In this document: one piece after another, positions 1 to 14,149 of the stretch
Layout: every line of letters starts with the position of its first letter
Position numbering within the stretch: position 1 is the first letter of the stretch
Source: Cirrosporium novae-zelandiae
Taxonomy: Eukaryota
Direction of reading: 5' to 3'
Assembly (NCBI GenBank): GCA_026023565.1
Contig: JAPETS010000003.1
Coordinates: forward strand, 434,001-498,000
DNA length: 64,000 bases
Translations under genes and position numbers: made by a program
The notes under the pieces: model-generated
What the model was told of the DNA's origin: nothing
The model's input: only the letters and a program-made list of their open reading frames with translations
Databases searched by the model: none

Positions 1-1434
1 TTTCGCACAAAGAAGACACGAATGAAGATCGGTGTAGTAAAGGCAACAAATGCAGCACAAGCGCCGATAGAGAAAATAGCACCAATAGCAACAGACCCCC
101 CGAAAAGGAGGAGAGTCATGAGTATACCGAGTGTCGTATTTAACCAAACAGCGTTAACGGGAGTGCGGGTCGTGGTGTTTATGTGAGCCAAATATTTAGA
201 AAATGGGAAACAATCTGCCCTGCATATTAGTGACTGCAATCATATGCGTATAGAACAAATTACAAAGTGACTTACCATCACGAGCGTAAGCAAATGTAAC
301 TCTACTCGCAGCAACCATGCAGCCCTGTCCCATCGAAAATCCAGCTACAATCGTGAGGGCAAGAATGGCTGTTGCCGTTTTTGTAGAAACAACTTCCACG
401 AGATATGCTGCCCAAGGCTGACCCAAATCGCTGTCTATTACCGTATCAATATCAACAACAGTATAGGCAACTACCAGCTGCAGAAACCATCCGAAAAGGC
501 CACCAAAGCCAGATGTCATGACAATGGCTCGTGGAGAAGCAATGTTAGCATTGGAACATTCTTCTGAAAGATGGAATGGTGCGTCGTAGCCTGACATGGT
601 CCAGATGACGGACAAAAAGGACATGAGTATTGAGATCCCTATAGGAAACTCAGTCCCCTGGTAGAATTTTCCCCAGACATCACGCGATGAGTTGAACTTG
701 GGGAGGTTCTGTGAAGTGCGGTTGGTGTCGGCAGGAATGAGTATGAGAACAACGACAAGAGCGACAATGTTGAAACTGCTGCCCCAGGAATTAAAAGTAG
801 CAACCCATTTTGTAGGCATGCTGCTAATACATCCGTGGATCACCATGATCAAGGCCGTTAATAGAAAGGTCTGGTAATTCTCCGGGACATAGTTTGGATT
901 ATTCATGGATGCCGTAGCGAGGATCATCGAGGAAAGTGCGTAATCGACTGAAGGCGCACCCGATATTTGTGAAAGCCAATTGCTCCAACCGGTAATCCAT
1001 GCGGCCAGAGGACCCCATCCTGGAGGAGCCAGCACTGCGGCAGCATAATAAAGTCCTCCAGATGTTGGCATCGAGGAGCAGAGTTCTGCCATACTCATTG
1101 CCACACATTGGATGAAGAACATTGCAATAATCCACCCCCAAACCATACCGGGCATTCCAGCATATCCCATCCCATAGTAAAGTGTGCTGGCAAAGCTTGG
1201 CAACAACCCCAAGACGGCGAAACTGACACAGAAGCTTGTCCAGAGGCTAAATTCGCGTTTGAATTCAGGTTTGTATCCCAAAGCTGCTAGCACCTCATCG
1301 TCGGCTGTAAGGTCACCATCGTATACCGGTACATCGCCATCTCTCAGGACAGAAGTCACAGGCTTATCAGCAATCGAGTGACGTTGAGCGGTTGTGGAGA
1401 CAAGGGCTTTCTGGGGTCCGTTGGATACGCTCAT
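1..1434 (-). CDS. APC-superfamily amino acid/GABA/polyamine permease, 3' end runs off the window
   Basis: Motifs LGYKPEFKREFS, MAELCSSMPTSGGLYY, GYDAPFHLSEE, plus many hydrophobic segments. ATG at 1434. A GT-AG intron at about 275-215 restores the frame (ARD|DCFPFSKYLAHINTTTRTPVNAVW). Confidence 0.92.
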
Positions 1435-2624
1435 ATCGATCGCGTTCAAGAAGGTTTATTTATTAACATGGGATATTTTATCAAGTGAATGGGAATATCC
1501 ACGAGCGATGCAAAATTAATGAATTGGCCTATCATTGGATGAGAAGAGGAATGAATTGAAGACAATTAGAAAAAGTAGCAATGAAACACCTCACGAGAAG
1601 AACACGCTGCACAGAGGTCGAATAAATACAAAGCAGAAGCTATTTGCCGTGGCAATTCCATGACGATTGATAGAGACGGGTACTGGATGATTAACCACAG
1701 GGTTGGTGTAACAGAGGAAGCTTGACTATTACAGGAAGGCATAACCTTTTGGGAGATGCTATCTGTGCCAGCAAGATATTAACGAGCGGCCTGAAAGATA
1801 AGTCGTACAGATAACTGGGATGATTCTTGACGGTTGTGGATGATTTCCAAAGCTTGTCCTTTCCAAATTCGGGAAATGGGACGAGCTGGAGTTCGAAAGA
1901 TGTTGACAAGCGCAAGGTTCCTGACATGTTTGCCCTATCTATGGATCTGATAGAAGGTGTTACGATTCAATATCCTAGCGCTCTTATCTTTACCCTTGGC
2001 ATCCCCTCAAAAATGTCCCCACCAACTTCAAACTAGGACTTGACAGGTGGCGTTGTATTGTAAAAGCGATAATAAAGGAAATCTACCTCTAGATTAGCCT
2101 TGTTGATAAGGGAATCTGTCACACGAACCATCGAATCCTGGAATATCCTAGTATCTTAAGCCCATTTGTGTAGCTTTGTAGTTAGCTTTAGAAGGATTGC
2201 CTGAACCCTCCCAAGAACTTGACTTGTGCTCGGATGAAATATTAAATCAAAAAGCAACATGAGATGGATCGATCAGTTGCTTTAATCTTTCTCAATTTCC
2301 ACATCCGGAATCCAATTCTCTGAGATAAGCGCGACAAAGACGCCCAATGGTCTAATATCAACACAATTCTCTTCTTCCACCTTTGGCAGCTTCTCATGTA
2401 CTTTGTATAATTTCTATATATATGTGTATGTATGGTACTAGCCCTGAAAATCCCTCTTTTTAATACGCTCCTATTAGTCCAGTATCCGGGTTTTCGAATG
2501 CTTTATCACAACCACCAACTCCAATGCTTTGATAATTATTACGTCCGGTATCGCCGGGTATCCAACCGTTAAAAGGAATAGATGGATTGGGAAACAAACA
2601 TGTCTTGACCGTCTCTTGGCGGAA

Positions 2625-4824
2625 TTAATCGTCACTCAAAGGGCTTAAAGGCTCTGAACCACTAGACGGTGACCAAGGCTCAAGGAATCCAACATCTTGA
2701 CACTCCTTTGGGGTCCGACAGAGAGCTCTGACGGATGGAGACACTGTCTTCCATACTACTTCACGGAGCTCCTTGCCAATCTGGTCAATAACATCTATTG
2801 CCCAAACAACATCCAAATGCTCATACTCATCAATCACCTTGGCGTGAACGAGATGAACATTTGGTTCACGGCCCTTGTGAAATCGTCTCAACAGCCTTCG
2901 TCCATCAACTAGTCCATCAGATCCAGCGATCCACATGGCCATTGGGGGTGCTTGCTCGTTGTACCATGCAGTTCGTCCGCGTTCTGCTCTATTAAATCGG
3001 GTCGGGGATTCATGGCAATCATCCATGCTGTCTTCAAAATCTTCAAGTTTAGCTTCTTCTCGGGTGGCAAGGATACATTTTTGTTTGGCAAAGCATTCCC
3101 GTCCAAGCCACCATCGCATACTCTCTGCGCTGACGTAGACCGGGGCAAATTGGAAAAACCGGGGTCGCAAATCTCGTTCCCATCGAGCATCGGTCCAGTT
3201 GAAGAGAAAAGAGAAGACGCGATAACCGAGAGCACCATATAATTTGGCTGGCAATAAGGCGTGCATGGTCATCATGAAAGGGATAAACGAGTGAATACCA
3301 AAGAATATCCGAAACATGGCAGGGGAGATGACCCTCATAAACTTGAAGTACATCTTCCCAATGAGTGGTCCTGCATAAGCTGCCGGGGCTAGTGCGCAGA
3401 AGACACTGATCTTCTCTCCTAGGTCTGGACGCTGCTCCTTGGCTAAAGCGACAAATGTTTGCGTGGTACCTTGCGAATGGCATACCAATCCCAACTTTTC
3501 AAATCCCGTCTCGAACAAAACGCGGGAAATGAGAGCTGGCAGATCCAATACTCCCATCTGTCTGATGTTCCAAGCCCACATTCGGGGGTCGGAGTAATTA
3601 AGCATCGTGTGTTCGGGATGAAATCCGCATCTATTGTTCCCCAGCCAGACATCGTAACCACTAATATGCACGGTTAATCATGATTCTAGAAAAGTAAAGC
3701 AGTGATACATACCTTTTACAGAGGAAGAAGGCCAAACTATCATCGTCGTTGGTACAGTAGGTTCCCGCACTTTGTAATAATCCATGGATCAGTAAAACTG
3801 GGTATTTCCGATTGCCATCCGAGTATTGTGCCGCAGATCCTCCTACGGGTTGATTGTTCTGATCTTTATATGGAACGAAAACCTCGGGGCTTTTTGGAGC
3901 TCTGTGCGCTGCAGAGACCGGGGTATACTCCTTTGGGTTATAGATATGCCAGAGCTCGAGGAGAAATCCATCTTCCGTCTGGACCTTGAAGGTTTCGGCA
4001 TCGAGACCTACTCTGCGGGCATAGTATGCCACATTGCAGAGAAGAGCATCCTTGCCTCCTTCTAGGGGTTCGTAATCTTCCCATTCCCCAGCTTCCTCAT
4101 TATCCTCTTGGCCAATCAAAGACGTCCTTCTCTTTTTTTTGGTCCGCGTCCATTGTCGTTCGGCCTCCTGTCTAAGTTTGCGCCTTCTATTTTCTTCCTC
4201 ATAAAACGGCCTATTGGCAGCAGGGTCCTTTAGTAACAATCGACAACCAATATTACGAAGCATTAATGGTATTGTAGTGAAGAGCGAGCCAAGCACAACT
4301 ACACCAAGGAATCCTAACGAAAGGAAGAAGGAGGATATCCGAAAGCCCATGCACTGGAGGTTCCTTAGGAGGGATGGAGGTCCATACAAAGGTAATGGTG
4401 GAAATAAGGGGTCGGTTTTTGAAGGAGGAGCTGCCGAATGGAGGCCACCCTTCTTGCGAGGTGACCTCTTGAACATATTGACAATTCCTTCTGGTTCATC
4501 CTTGTCGCTGTCTGGGAAAGCCTTCCCAATCTTTGCTTTTTTATGGTTTTCGGCCTGGGATATGACATTGTCGTGATCCTTAATTGGATTTTCGACTTGA
4601 TCTTTGAGTAAATTCAATTTATGAGCCTCCTCCAAGGGGACTCCAGGTAATCGCCCGCCATTCGCAGTTTCAATGACGACGTCTTGAGGAGTGATAAACT
4701 TGGCTTCAATAGCGGTAGTCTCTGCGGAATCCTGCGAGTCTCGAGGACGCAAGGATAATTTTTCGGCCTGGTGAGCAAAGTCAATGGCTACTGCAACTTT
4801 GTCGTGAGTTGATATCGAAGCCAT
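2625..4824 (-). CDS. alpha/beta-hydrolase lipase, sterol esterase (Yeh/Tgl1-like) with N-terminal membrane anchor
   Basis: VQTEDGFLLELWHI, VLLIHGLLQSAG, GYDVWLGNNR, nucleophile elbow CHSQG, and YEHLDVVW His motif. One intron at 3712-3661 joins the two ORFs. Confidence 0.92.
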
Positions 4825-6007
4825 AGCGAACTTTAGTTTCACTTATATGAGATTGACGCAGTCATGTATTGTACAGGTAGCATTTATGTGCTCCGAGACT
4901 CGAGGGCGAATATGTACAAGGAGAATAGAAGGTGGATGAATTGAGTATATATACAAGAGTACCCCTATCACTTATAGAAGAAATATGAAGACAACGAAAT
5001 GTCGGAGCAGGGCAAGAAATGCAAGTATGAGCAGACTAATGTAGTAGTAATGGAAACAGAGCAGGAGAATGGGTGGAGGCAAGAGATGATAAAAGCAAGT
5101 TCCTGAGCCCTGGACCACAAACCAATGGGTCACCGCCAGCCACCAGCAAATAGCCTGATTTTTTTTTTTAAAAGTGTTTGGGTCAGATGAATGATGGAGA
5201 AGTATAGCGTGGACGAGTAAAAAGAGTAGAAGAGTCGGGGATGAGAAAGAAGTTTAGAAAGGGAAATTCACATGGGAAGGATGGGGGGGGGGGGATGAAG
5301 AGTAAGAGACCTGACGCAATTGTTGATCAAGACATGGGATCAGGGAATGCACCAGACCCAATTCCCGGCCCGTTTATAATTATTTGATTGGTTGAAATTG
5401 ATTTGTGTGCTGACTAAAGGTAGTTTCACCGCCCAAGGCATTTAGGGCATTGCATTGAGGCAGATGTTCTGTCCAGGTGTCCAGGCGCCTAGGTGTCCAG
5501 TTGATAGCTCAAAGCCTCAGGTGTCCAAGGTTTGGTGTTCTCGTTCTCCGCATTGGCCAATTGCCATATTATCTCCTCTCAACTCAACACTACGGGAACT
5601 GTCCAAGGAATAAGATTAATTTGCCAAACGAGGGGAAATCCTCAAATTCCAAACTTTATAACTTTCTTCTACCCTTTTTCACATGTGAGTTTGATAATAA
5701 TCAATGAATCCACAGGTGGCCTAATTACCTCTTGTTTCTTCAACCTGTACTGTGGTAGAAGAAAGGAATATCAATACTACCCTTCATGGACTTGGTCCAT
5801 TCTTTGGCTCTTCAGTCGCCTAAACTTTCCCCTGTCCATGGTCATCATCCCATGCCTCCAACACTCTCTAACGCTGGCTTCCCTCTGAACCTCGGTAGTC
5901 GAATCGCATTCGACCATCTCTCCGAATTCATCGTCGGTCACAATCGAATATTATAATTTTAATGACAAATATTCTTCTCTACCAATTAATCCTATAATAC
6001 ATCAACA

Positions 6008-9000
6008 ATGTCTTTTGGTGACCCTGAGGTGGAACATCAAAGGCGGAGGAAGAGGAGGAGGCAGGATAAACAACCAATCGTGGGCCGCTTGATCTTTGAT
6101 GAGGATATCAAAGGAGACACCGGAGTTCTGTCCGATGATCTTTCAGCTGAACTCTTTCCAGCTTTGAAGTTGTTGGGTTGGTAGGCACCTCTAGTTCTAT
6201 AACATGTTCAATAGCTGACCTTGATTCCTGTCAATCTCAATAGTTGGCCCTGACCAAGACAACACCTCAAAGCCACCCCCCCTATATGTAGCCATATCAG
6301 CATGGAATCCCCTCTCCTCGGCTCTCGAGGACGATATCTGGACCATCATTCCAGTCCAGCCATCGTTACCAAATAGAAATGCTCCGACCACAGGCAATAT
6401 CCCTCATTCTACCATTAGATTTCCTGCCAACTCGCGATGTCTACAATACTTGGCCCAAAGTCTATCGGGAGTGCCTACTGCCAAAGGTCTTGGAGGAGGG
6501 CAACGGCTGACAGAAGTACAAATCATTGACGTTGCCCCATTGGCATTGGGCGCTATATATGTTTCGGTGGACGGGGACCTTTTAAGAAAACATCAAGAAA
6601 CCCAAAACCAGTTTGGCGGAGGATTTGTTGACACGAGTATAAATGGATCGATGCAAAAAGGAAAAGCTCCATTGAACAACCAAGTCAATGGCTCCAAATC
6701 AAAACGTGAATGGCGAGACAGGCTTCCAGCAGCAATTCGCGAAGCCCTATCCAAACCAAAAATTATTCGAACTGGACTTGTCATATCTCTTCCTTGGCCT
6801 TCTCATCCAATTACCTATGCTCCTGCGCCACCTGTCAAGGTCGTAGCTTGCGAACCCGTCTCTCAAGGCCTCTTGCTTCCACAGACTAAAATAATATTAA
6901 TACAATCTCATCAGAAACGAAGCCAAATTAAAGGAATCAATGGAGCACTTGTTGGCGCGAACCCTGAACGCCCCGATGATACGGACGATACTTCGAACGA
7001 GCAATTCTACTCTGCTGCTGAAGACCGGAGCAGTCTTCCACCCCCCTCATCTTCAGATGGGTCAGCAGATGAGCTTTCGGAATCGGCGACTTCGGCCAAA
7101 GGTTCAGGAGATTCATCCGACGATTCCTTGGATGATATGATAAGCCTTGCTACTCCAAGTCTAACATCATCTCAATCTGGTGGCCTTTCATCTCTGGCTT
7201 CTGCTACCCCAAGAGCAGTGTTCAGGAGGCCTGATGGGGTCAGCACACCGCGATCGGTCGTTTCTAATTTCACTGCTACGACCGCCAGGCCAGGTGGGGT
7301 ATCTGCGGGTAAAATACTCAAGACTCAAGCTCTTCTACAAAGCATTCCCGAAGATGCACTGCACCCTAAGCCTGCTGAAGACGAAGATGAAAATTCTCGC
7401 GTTTACGTGGATATAAGTACCCTCAGAAAAATTGGATGTTTTTCGGGGGATTGGGTTCGCATTGAGGCTACCGAGCAGCCACAGGCAAACACTCTCACAT
7501 CTATAAATCTTAGTGCGCTTGCTACCAATATTGAACTTTCGGAAGACTTTAGAGTCGCGAAAGTCTATGCGTTGCCTGAGGTTCTCAACAAGCGACCTAG
7601 ATATCATGTTGACACTTCTGCAAATCGAAAAGAGAGTATTTCGCTTCTCCAGAGACCTTCCTTGAATGCGGTTGCGCATCTTTCGCCGGTTTTTTTAAGT
7701 AATTTGCAGGAGACTAAATATATCAGAATCTCTCCATTGTCGGATTACTCATCATCAACTCCTATCCGACCGGCCGCAGAAAGGTCTAGACAACCAAAAC
7801 TGGAGCCCCCATTGGCAAAAGAAGTCACCCTTTTAAAAGTTTCTTCCCCGTTATCAACTGACAGAGCCCTGCAGCCAGCCCTGATGGCAAGCCTGAAGCA
7901 ATATTTTGAGCAACGAAGACGCCTTGTAAAGAGTGGAGATCTAGTAGGGATTTCTATTGATGAAAACCTTGCGAGAGTTTTATTTAGTTTCACAAAGCCA
8001 CCTGATGCAGATCCGGGGGCTGATTCATCTCTGATTGGTCTTGGTTCTCGAGAACTGAATCTTTCAAAAAATAAAGACGTAGGGGCGAAAAATAAAAAGA
8101 TAGGGGTTGCTTGGTTCCGTGTAAGTCAATTGACCACGGCTGCTTCTGGCCCTGATCTCGCGCAAGACAGGATTGATTTGTGGGGTGGGACTGCGGTTCT
8201 TGATCCCCTAAATACCAAGTTGGTTCAAGCTGGCAGTGAATGCTCTAGAATCCCCAAAACCATGGAAAGCACTTGGGAATACTATTTTGGAATTAAATCT
8301 TTACCCAACCTTGCACATCTTGGGCATAATGCTGGAAAACTCATCATGGAACCACCAAAACCTCACGCCACCGGTATTCGCCGTCGACTGCGGGAGTTGA
8401 TATCTGCTGGTACAAGCCTACGTGCTATACACTTGCAAATGAAACCTACAATTATTCTTTTAACTTCTACACAGAGGGCGATTGGCAAACATTGCCTTGC
8501 CGCCCGAGCATGTGCAGATACAGGTCTTCACTTCTTTACTATCGACGCCTATGACATCTTGACAGAAGGTGGGGCAAACGGCGGGGATGTCAAGACGGAG
8601 GCCTTGCTGAAAGCAAGATTTGATCGTGCAATGAGTTGTGGCTCTGCGAACACCGTTTTAATCATTCGTCATGTCGAAATTTTGACTGCAGATAGGATGG
8701 TCTCTGCTCTGAAAGATATTTTTGCCGATTCTCGTGTTGTCATTGGCACGAGCACCGAAGTGGAGAAAGTACCTGACGGTGTTAGAAGTCTGTTTACGCA
8801 TGAGCTGGAGATGTCTGCACCGGATGAGGGCGACAGAGAAGGGATATTGAGGGATGTAATAGCTGCTCGTGGTGTTAAACTTTCATCAGATGTTGATCTC
8901 GGAGGTGTCGCAGTGAAGACAGCTGCTCTGGTAGCTGGTGACTTGGTGGATGTGGTTGAAAGGGCTATAACGGCTCGAAAGCACCGTCTCGAAACGCTTG

Positions 9001-10543
9001 CGAATATTGCATGCAAAACCTTGGCTAATGATGTCTTTACCGCCCGTGACGTTATCGTCTCTGGGGGAGAATCAGCTCTTTCTTTGACAAAAGCCGACTT
9101 TACCGTCGCTGTTGATGCCGCGAGGAAAAACTTTGCAGATGCAATTGGAGCGCCCAAGATCCCTAACGTGACATGGGATGATGTTGGGGGCTTGACCAAT
9201 GTTAAAGATGCTGTTATGGAGACGATACAACTTCCTCTTGAGCGCCCGGAACTTTTTGGCAAGGGCATGAAGAAACGAAGTGGCATTCTTTTCTATGGCC
9301 CACCAGGAACAGGAAAGACATTGCTTGCCAAAGCCATCGCTACAGAATTTTCTCTCAACTTCTTCTCCGTCAAAGGTCCTGAGCTTCTCAACATGTACAT
9401 TGGTGAATCTGAAGCCAATGTTCGACGGGTATTCCAACGGGCACGTGACGCCCGTCCCTGTGTTGTCTTTTTTGACGAACTCGACTCTGTTGCACCAAAG
9501 CGAGGAAACCAAGGCGATAGTGGTGGTGTCATGGATCGTATTGTCAGCCAGCTGCTAGCCGAGTTAGATGGGATGAGCGATGGCGATGAAGGTGGCGGAG
9601 GTGTCTTTGTCATCGGAGCTACCAACAGACCCGATCTACTTGATCAAGCACTACTTCGACCCGGCCGCTTCGATAAGATGCTTTATCTCGGCGTCTCTGA
9701 CACTCATGACAAGCAACTGACGATTCTTGAAGCCCTAACTCGGAAATTTACACTTCACCCTGAGCTATCTCTCCGTCGTGTTGCAGATACACTTCCTTTT
9801 ACATACACCGGAGCCGATTTCTATGCGCTTTGCTCTGATTCCATGCTCAAAGCTATAACGAGACAGGCATCAGCTGTAGATGCGAAGATCAAGGCGCATC
9901 CAGAACCCATCACCACGGCATATTTCTTTGATCATCTAGCTACACCAGAGGATATTGCGGTGATGGTTACCGAGGATGACTTTTTGGGAGCAAGGAATGA
10001 ATTGGTCCCTAGTGTCAGGTAAGTCTAAAGATCACCGCCACCCCTGAATTTTATTAACACTTTAATAGCGCCAAAGAATTAGAGCACTTTGAACGAGTTC
10101 GGAAAACCTTTGAAGCTAGCGACGATAAGAAGCCAGCTCTCCCAGTCCGCACCAAATCAATTTCCAGATCAGGACCACCAAACGAAATCGCAAGCCCCAC
10201 GGTAGCTGGCTCAAACCTCCCCAAAAAGCCCAAACTTCAAAGCCGACAAAACAGCACCAGATTTAGGGACAAATGGAAAGGGAAAGCGCCAGCTCGGGAT
10301 GCGGATTGGGTCGCAGATGGGATGGATGAAGATGGTGACGGGGAGGGGGAAGGACCCGATGATTACGGTCCGAACGGGCCTACCAGTGTGAATGGATCTT
10401 TGTCGGCAAAGGCGAAGGGAAAGTTGCGGGCTGGAGATGCCGACGGGGATATCCATGAAGGTGCGTTTTCGAACCTTGAATTCGGGGATCCAGCTCAGGG
10501 AGATGAGGGGGAGCTTTACGGAGTTGGGGGGGGAGGGGAGTAG
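6008..10543 (+). CDS. PEX6: Peroxisomal AAA+ ATPase peroxin-6
   Basis: IGAPKIPNVTWDDVGGL, GPPGTGKT, SVKGPELLNMYIGESEANVR, FFDELDS, GDSGGVMDRIVSQLLAELDG; the first AAA domain is degenerate. ATG at 6008. Introns at about 6177-6243 and 10019-10068; the last exon is open to the stop at 10543. Confidence 0.95.
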
Positions 10544-11516
10544 TAGTAACGGGATAGGACGAGAGATTGTTGCTGCTGTTGGTTTTTATTTGGTTGTTTC
10601 TTGCTTGCTTGATTTGCATTATATATATATTAATTTGGTTTTTTGTTTGAATTAGCGGAGCGCCTGAAACGGCTGGCTTGTATTCTATCACAACACCACC
10701 ATGGCGGATGGACGAAGACGAATTCACAATCAAAATCAAAATCAAAATCAAAATGCCCCTCATTGACATTGATGCAGAAAAGAAAAAGAGGCGATAGAGA
10801 GGTTGGTCCGGGTCCGAGTCGGGAAGAAACAATGGAAGAAGAAAGAAAAAACTTGCCAAGAGAGTCCGGGATTTAATTAAAAACCGTGCATGAAAATATC
10901 CAAATTTTTAATTTAACTAGTTAATATTCTCACCAAGTTTTTTATATTTTTATATTTTTATATTTCTGTTTTTTTATTTTTCCTCCCCCATTACTCCATT
11001 ATTTCATTAAATAAGATAGATACCCCAATATAACGTTTTGCCTGCCTGCCTGCCTGCCTGCCTGGCGCCAAAAAAAGTACCATACCAAAACTCCTCCCCA
11101 TCCTCCCTCTTTTTTTTTGATAAAAAAGGACGGAAGGGGAACAAAAAAAGCCTCCGTGGATGATGAACGTATATGGTAAAACCGAATAATTAACGCCAAT
11201 CCTCTCGACCGGCCGACCGATCGACCAGTCCGAAGAAGAAGAACTCCTCCACCCAAATCCACCTTCCCAAACTCCGCTCCGCCCCCCCCCTCCATGGATG
11301 ATAAACCCACGAGCTATACCGAACCGAACCGTTCCAGAGTACGCCGATATGACCGACCAGTCCGAAGAAATCCGTCCCCTGGCCCACCAAACGTCTATCC
11401 GGCCCTCCAAACTCTGGGGACCCGACTCGACATATCCTCCCAACCCACCCCCAAATGCCAAAACGCCGTCCCTCCCTCTCCTCCCCCCCCCCCCCCCCCC
11501 CCAACAAACTAATCCC

Positions 11517-12251
11517 TCACTCACCAGCAAGAGCACCAACACCCCATCCCCTAACCACCTTCACCAACCCCCTCTTCCACCACCTCCTCTTCACCTCCCT
11601 CTCCTCCTCCTCTCTCTTCTTGATCCTCGCCATCTTCTCCTCATAATGCCTCGTCATCATTTCCATAATCTCTTCCATCTCTTCATGGGAAATAGGTTCG
11701 TGTTCGATGGCACCGTCTCTAGGAACTATGGCGCCTCCCTTTTTGATGCGGTCGGCTTCCCATTGTTTGAGGGCGGGGTCGAGTTCCCAGATGGGGCCTT
11801 CGGGGTCGTTGGCGTGCTTGTTGGAGGGGGATCGTTCGGAGAGGTCCAAGTCCATGTCAAGTTCTTCTCCTTCTGGTATTACTTCCTCTAAGTCTATTTC
11901 TTGGTCTTCGAATTCCTCGTCATCATCCTCCATGTAGTTGGCGTACCCTTCATCCCATTCCTCTTGCTCCTCCTCCTCCTTTTGGGGCTCCTCCATAGGT
12001 CCAAACCCCTCTTCTGCCTCGTCGGTCACGCTACCATCATTATTACCGCCAGCACCCATGTGTCCCGCAGAAGGTGGATGCAGCTGACCCAGATCATTCA
12101 GGGGACTCGTGGAGGAGGGAGGTTTGGATAGGGAGACCATGTCGTTGAGCATGTCATAAGTGATGAGGCCCCAGGCCCAGGCGGAGGGGGCTATTGTAAC
12201 GGGGAGGGTGAGGCAGAGATGGGTAAGGATGGTGAGGATTGAGACGCGCAT
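11517..12251 (-). CDS. Hypothetical protein with signal-peptide-like N-terminus and very acidic core
   Basis: 244-aa ATG ORF preceded by an A-rich context and a TATATAAA about 170 bp upstream. Hydrophobic N-terminus, E/D-rich middle, basic C-terminus. No family recognised. Confidence 0.55.
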   Translation of the reverse strand: MRVSILTILTHLCLTLPVTIAPSAWAWGLITYDMLNDMVSLSKPPSSTSPLNDLGQLHPPSAGHMGAGGNNDGSVTDEAEEGFGPMEEPQKEEEEQEEWDEGYANYMEDDDEEFEDQEIDLEEVIPEGEELDMDLDLSERSPSNKHANDPEGPIWELDPALKQWEADRIKKGGAIVPRDGAIEHEPISHEEMEEIMEMMTRHYEEKMARIKKREEEEREVKRRWWKRGLVKVVRGWGVGALAGE

Positions 12252-14149
12252 TTTTGTTTTATTAAATGGCGTAAGGGGTAAGGTTGTGGTTGCAGTTGTG
12301 GTTGTGGTTATGGTTGTGGTTTGGTTAATAAGATAAAGTGAGTAAGTGAGTAGGTGAGTTGAGTGAAAATAATGGTGGTGAGGGAAGAAGGATTGGGAGA
12401 AAGGAAAGGAGGGGAGAGGGGTTTATATAACCTGACTTCTTCTTCCCTTTGGACCTTTGGACATACAATGCCGAGTGACATTCCCATCCATCCTTTTCGC
12501 ACGCATCATCCTCATCCTCATCCTCATCCTCACGTCTCATATCACAATAACTCCCTATAAACCCCTTAAAACCCCCAAACCCAAAACCCAAAACCCTATA
12601 AACGACAGAAAGGCATCTGCACAGAAAATACAAAAAATCTTAACTCCTCACATAGTTTTTTCTCTCTTTAGGTTTTTTTCAGCTTAGTTGAGTTTGAAAT
12701 CGGTCCGGGGTTGAGTATGCTATGTTGGCATCGATATGTGATGGGATCGCGTGTGTGATATGGGTAATGAATGCCGATAATGAAACAATGAGACAATAGG
12801 AATGAATGATTGATATACATTTCGGCTTCTGGCATTATCATTATTCTGGAAGCTTCTGTAGAGGCTCCACCGGAACTAAGTGAAATGGCCGATCGGGTTA
12901 TTATTTGAGGTTAACACGGTAATGCCTTTCTTTCAAAGGTCTTCAGGATATTAGCACAATGCTTCTGCCACTATATCACAAGCTTTTCGTTATCAAGGCT
13001 CAGACTTGGACTTGGTATGAGGATATGGGGGGTTTGAGCGTCGGTTTAATTTGAGTGTAAAAGAACCTATGGAGGGGGGGGATGAAGAAGAGAAGGGAAG
13101 GGTGAGGAATATAATTGTGATTATTGTTGTTTGCTGTTTGTTTGTTTTGTTTGATGATTTTATATTATTACTATCATTTACTACTTTTTTTAGAGGAGAG
13201 GGGGCAGTCGTTGTAAATCCTGATGGATATATTATCACGCAAGTCCCAAAATCAAGAGGGACTCATAAACTCCGTTTCCCGAGCCAGCCTACGTGCCTAC
13301 CTACCCAACACTACGCCCATCCAAAAAGAATCATCAGAAAAATGATCCTAGGGAGAGGCCTTCAAACAAAATCAATTTAAAGGCCTCCCCAGGAAAAAAA
13401 AATGATTAAAAAAAAAGGAAAAGAAAAGAAAAAAAAATGATAATAATAAGGGTTTGAGTTTGAATTTGACAAAGGGTATGCATGTATGCATGCACTTTAG
13501 GTTATATGTATAGCCTATGTATAGTCTAAGTAAATAAAATCACTCGAAAGCTATCTACGGTAATTAGGGAAATAAGGACTTGATAATAATGATGACATAA
13601 TTATTACTATTTTTATTTGTGTATGAATATGAAAATACTCTGGGTATGAACCCCCCCCACTCGGTACGACATACCGTTCTATTGAAAAAGAAAGATAACC
13701 CTAACAGAAAGAAAGTTCGGGATTTGAAAAAAAAAAATGTTGGGTTGTGGGATATTTATTTAACTTGATTGGGGTGGGGGGGGAAGGGGAAGGGGGATTG
13801 AAGGTTGTTGGTAGACGATAAGTAGATGGACTCTGTTTAATGGTTAGATTTGGGTTGGGTTGGGTTTTGAGTTGAATTCCGATACTGGTCAAGGTAATGT
13901 GAGGGCCAGAGTGAGAGAATAAGAAGGAGATTAGTTGCTTGTTCCCTGTATCTAAGACTTTCTACATTCGGCGTGTTGAAGAAGCCTCTTGGCACAATGA
14001 TTATGATTTCATACTAACATTGTTAAACACCGCAAAAAGCCCTATTTTCTATTCGAATCCCATTTACCCTAGACGCTATACTCAATCCGACGTTGACAAT
14101 GAGACCGGCCCGAAACACCCCCAAAAATGCCTCGCGCCCAAGCAAGGAC

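Noticed and set aside
8669..9625. Long antisense ORFs within PEX6, and likewise 28830-29360 and 35073-35831
   Set aside because: They are shadow frames of well-supported genes on the opposite strand.
10991..11891. Gly-rich and Pro-rich ORFs
   Set aside because: They arise from poly-C/poly-G tracts and from antisense overlap with the 11517-12251 ORF.
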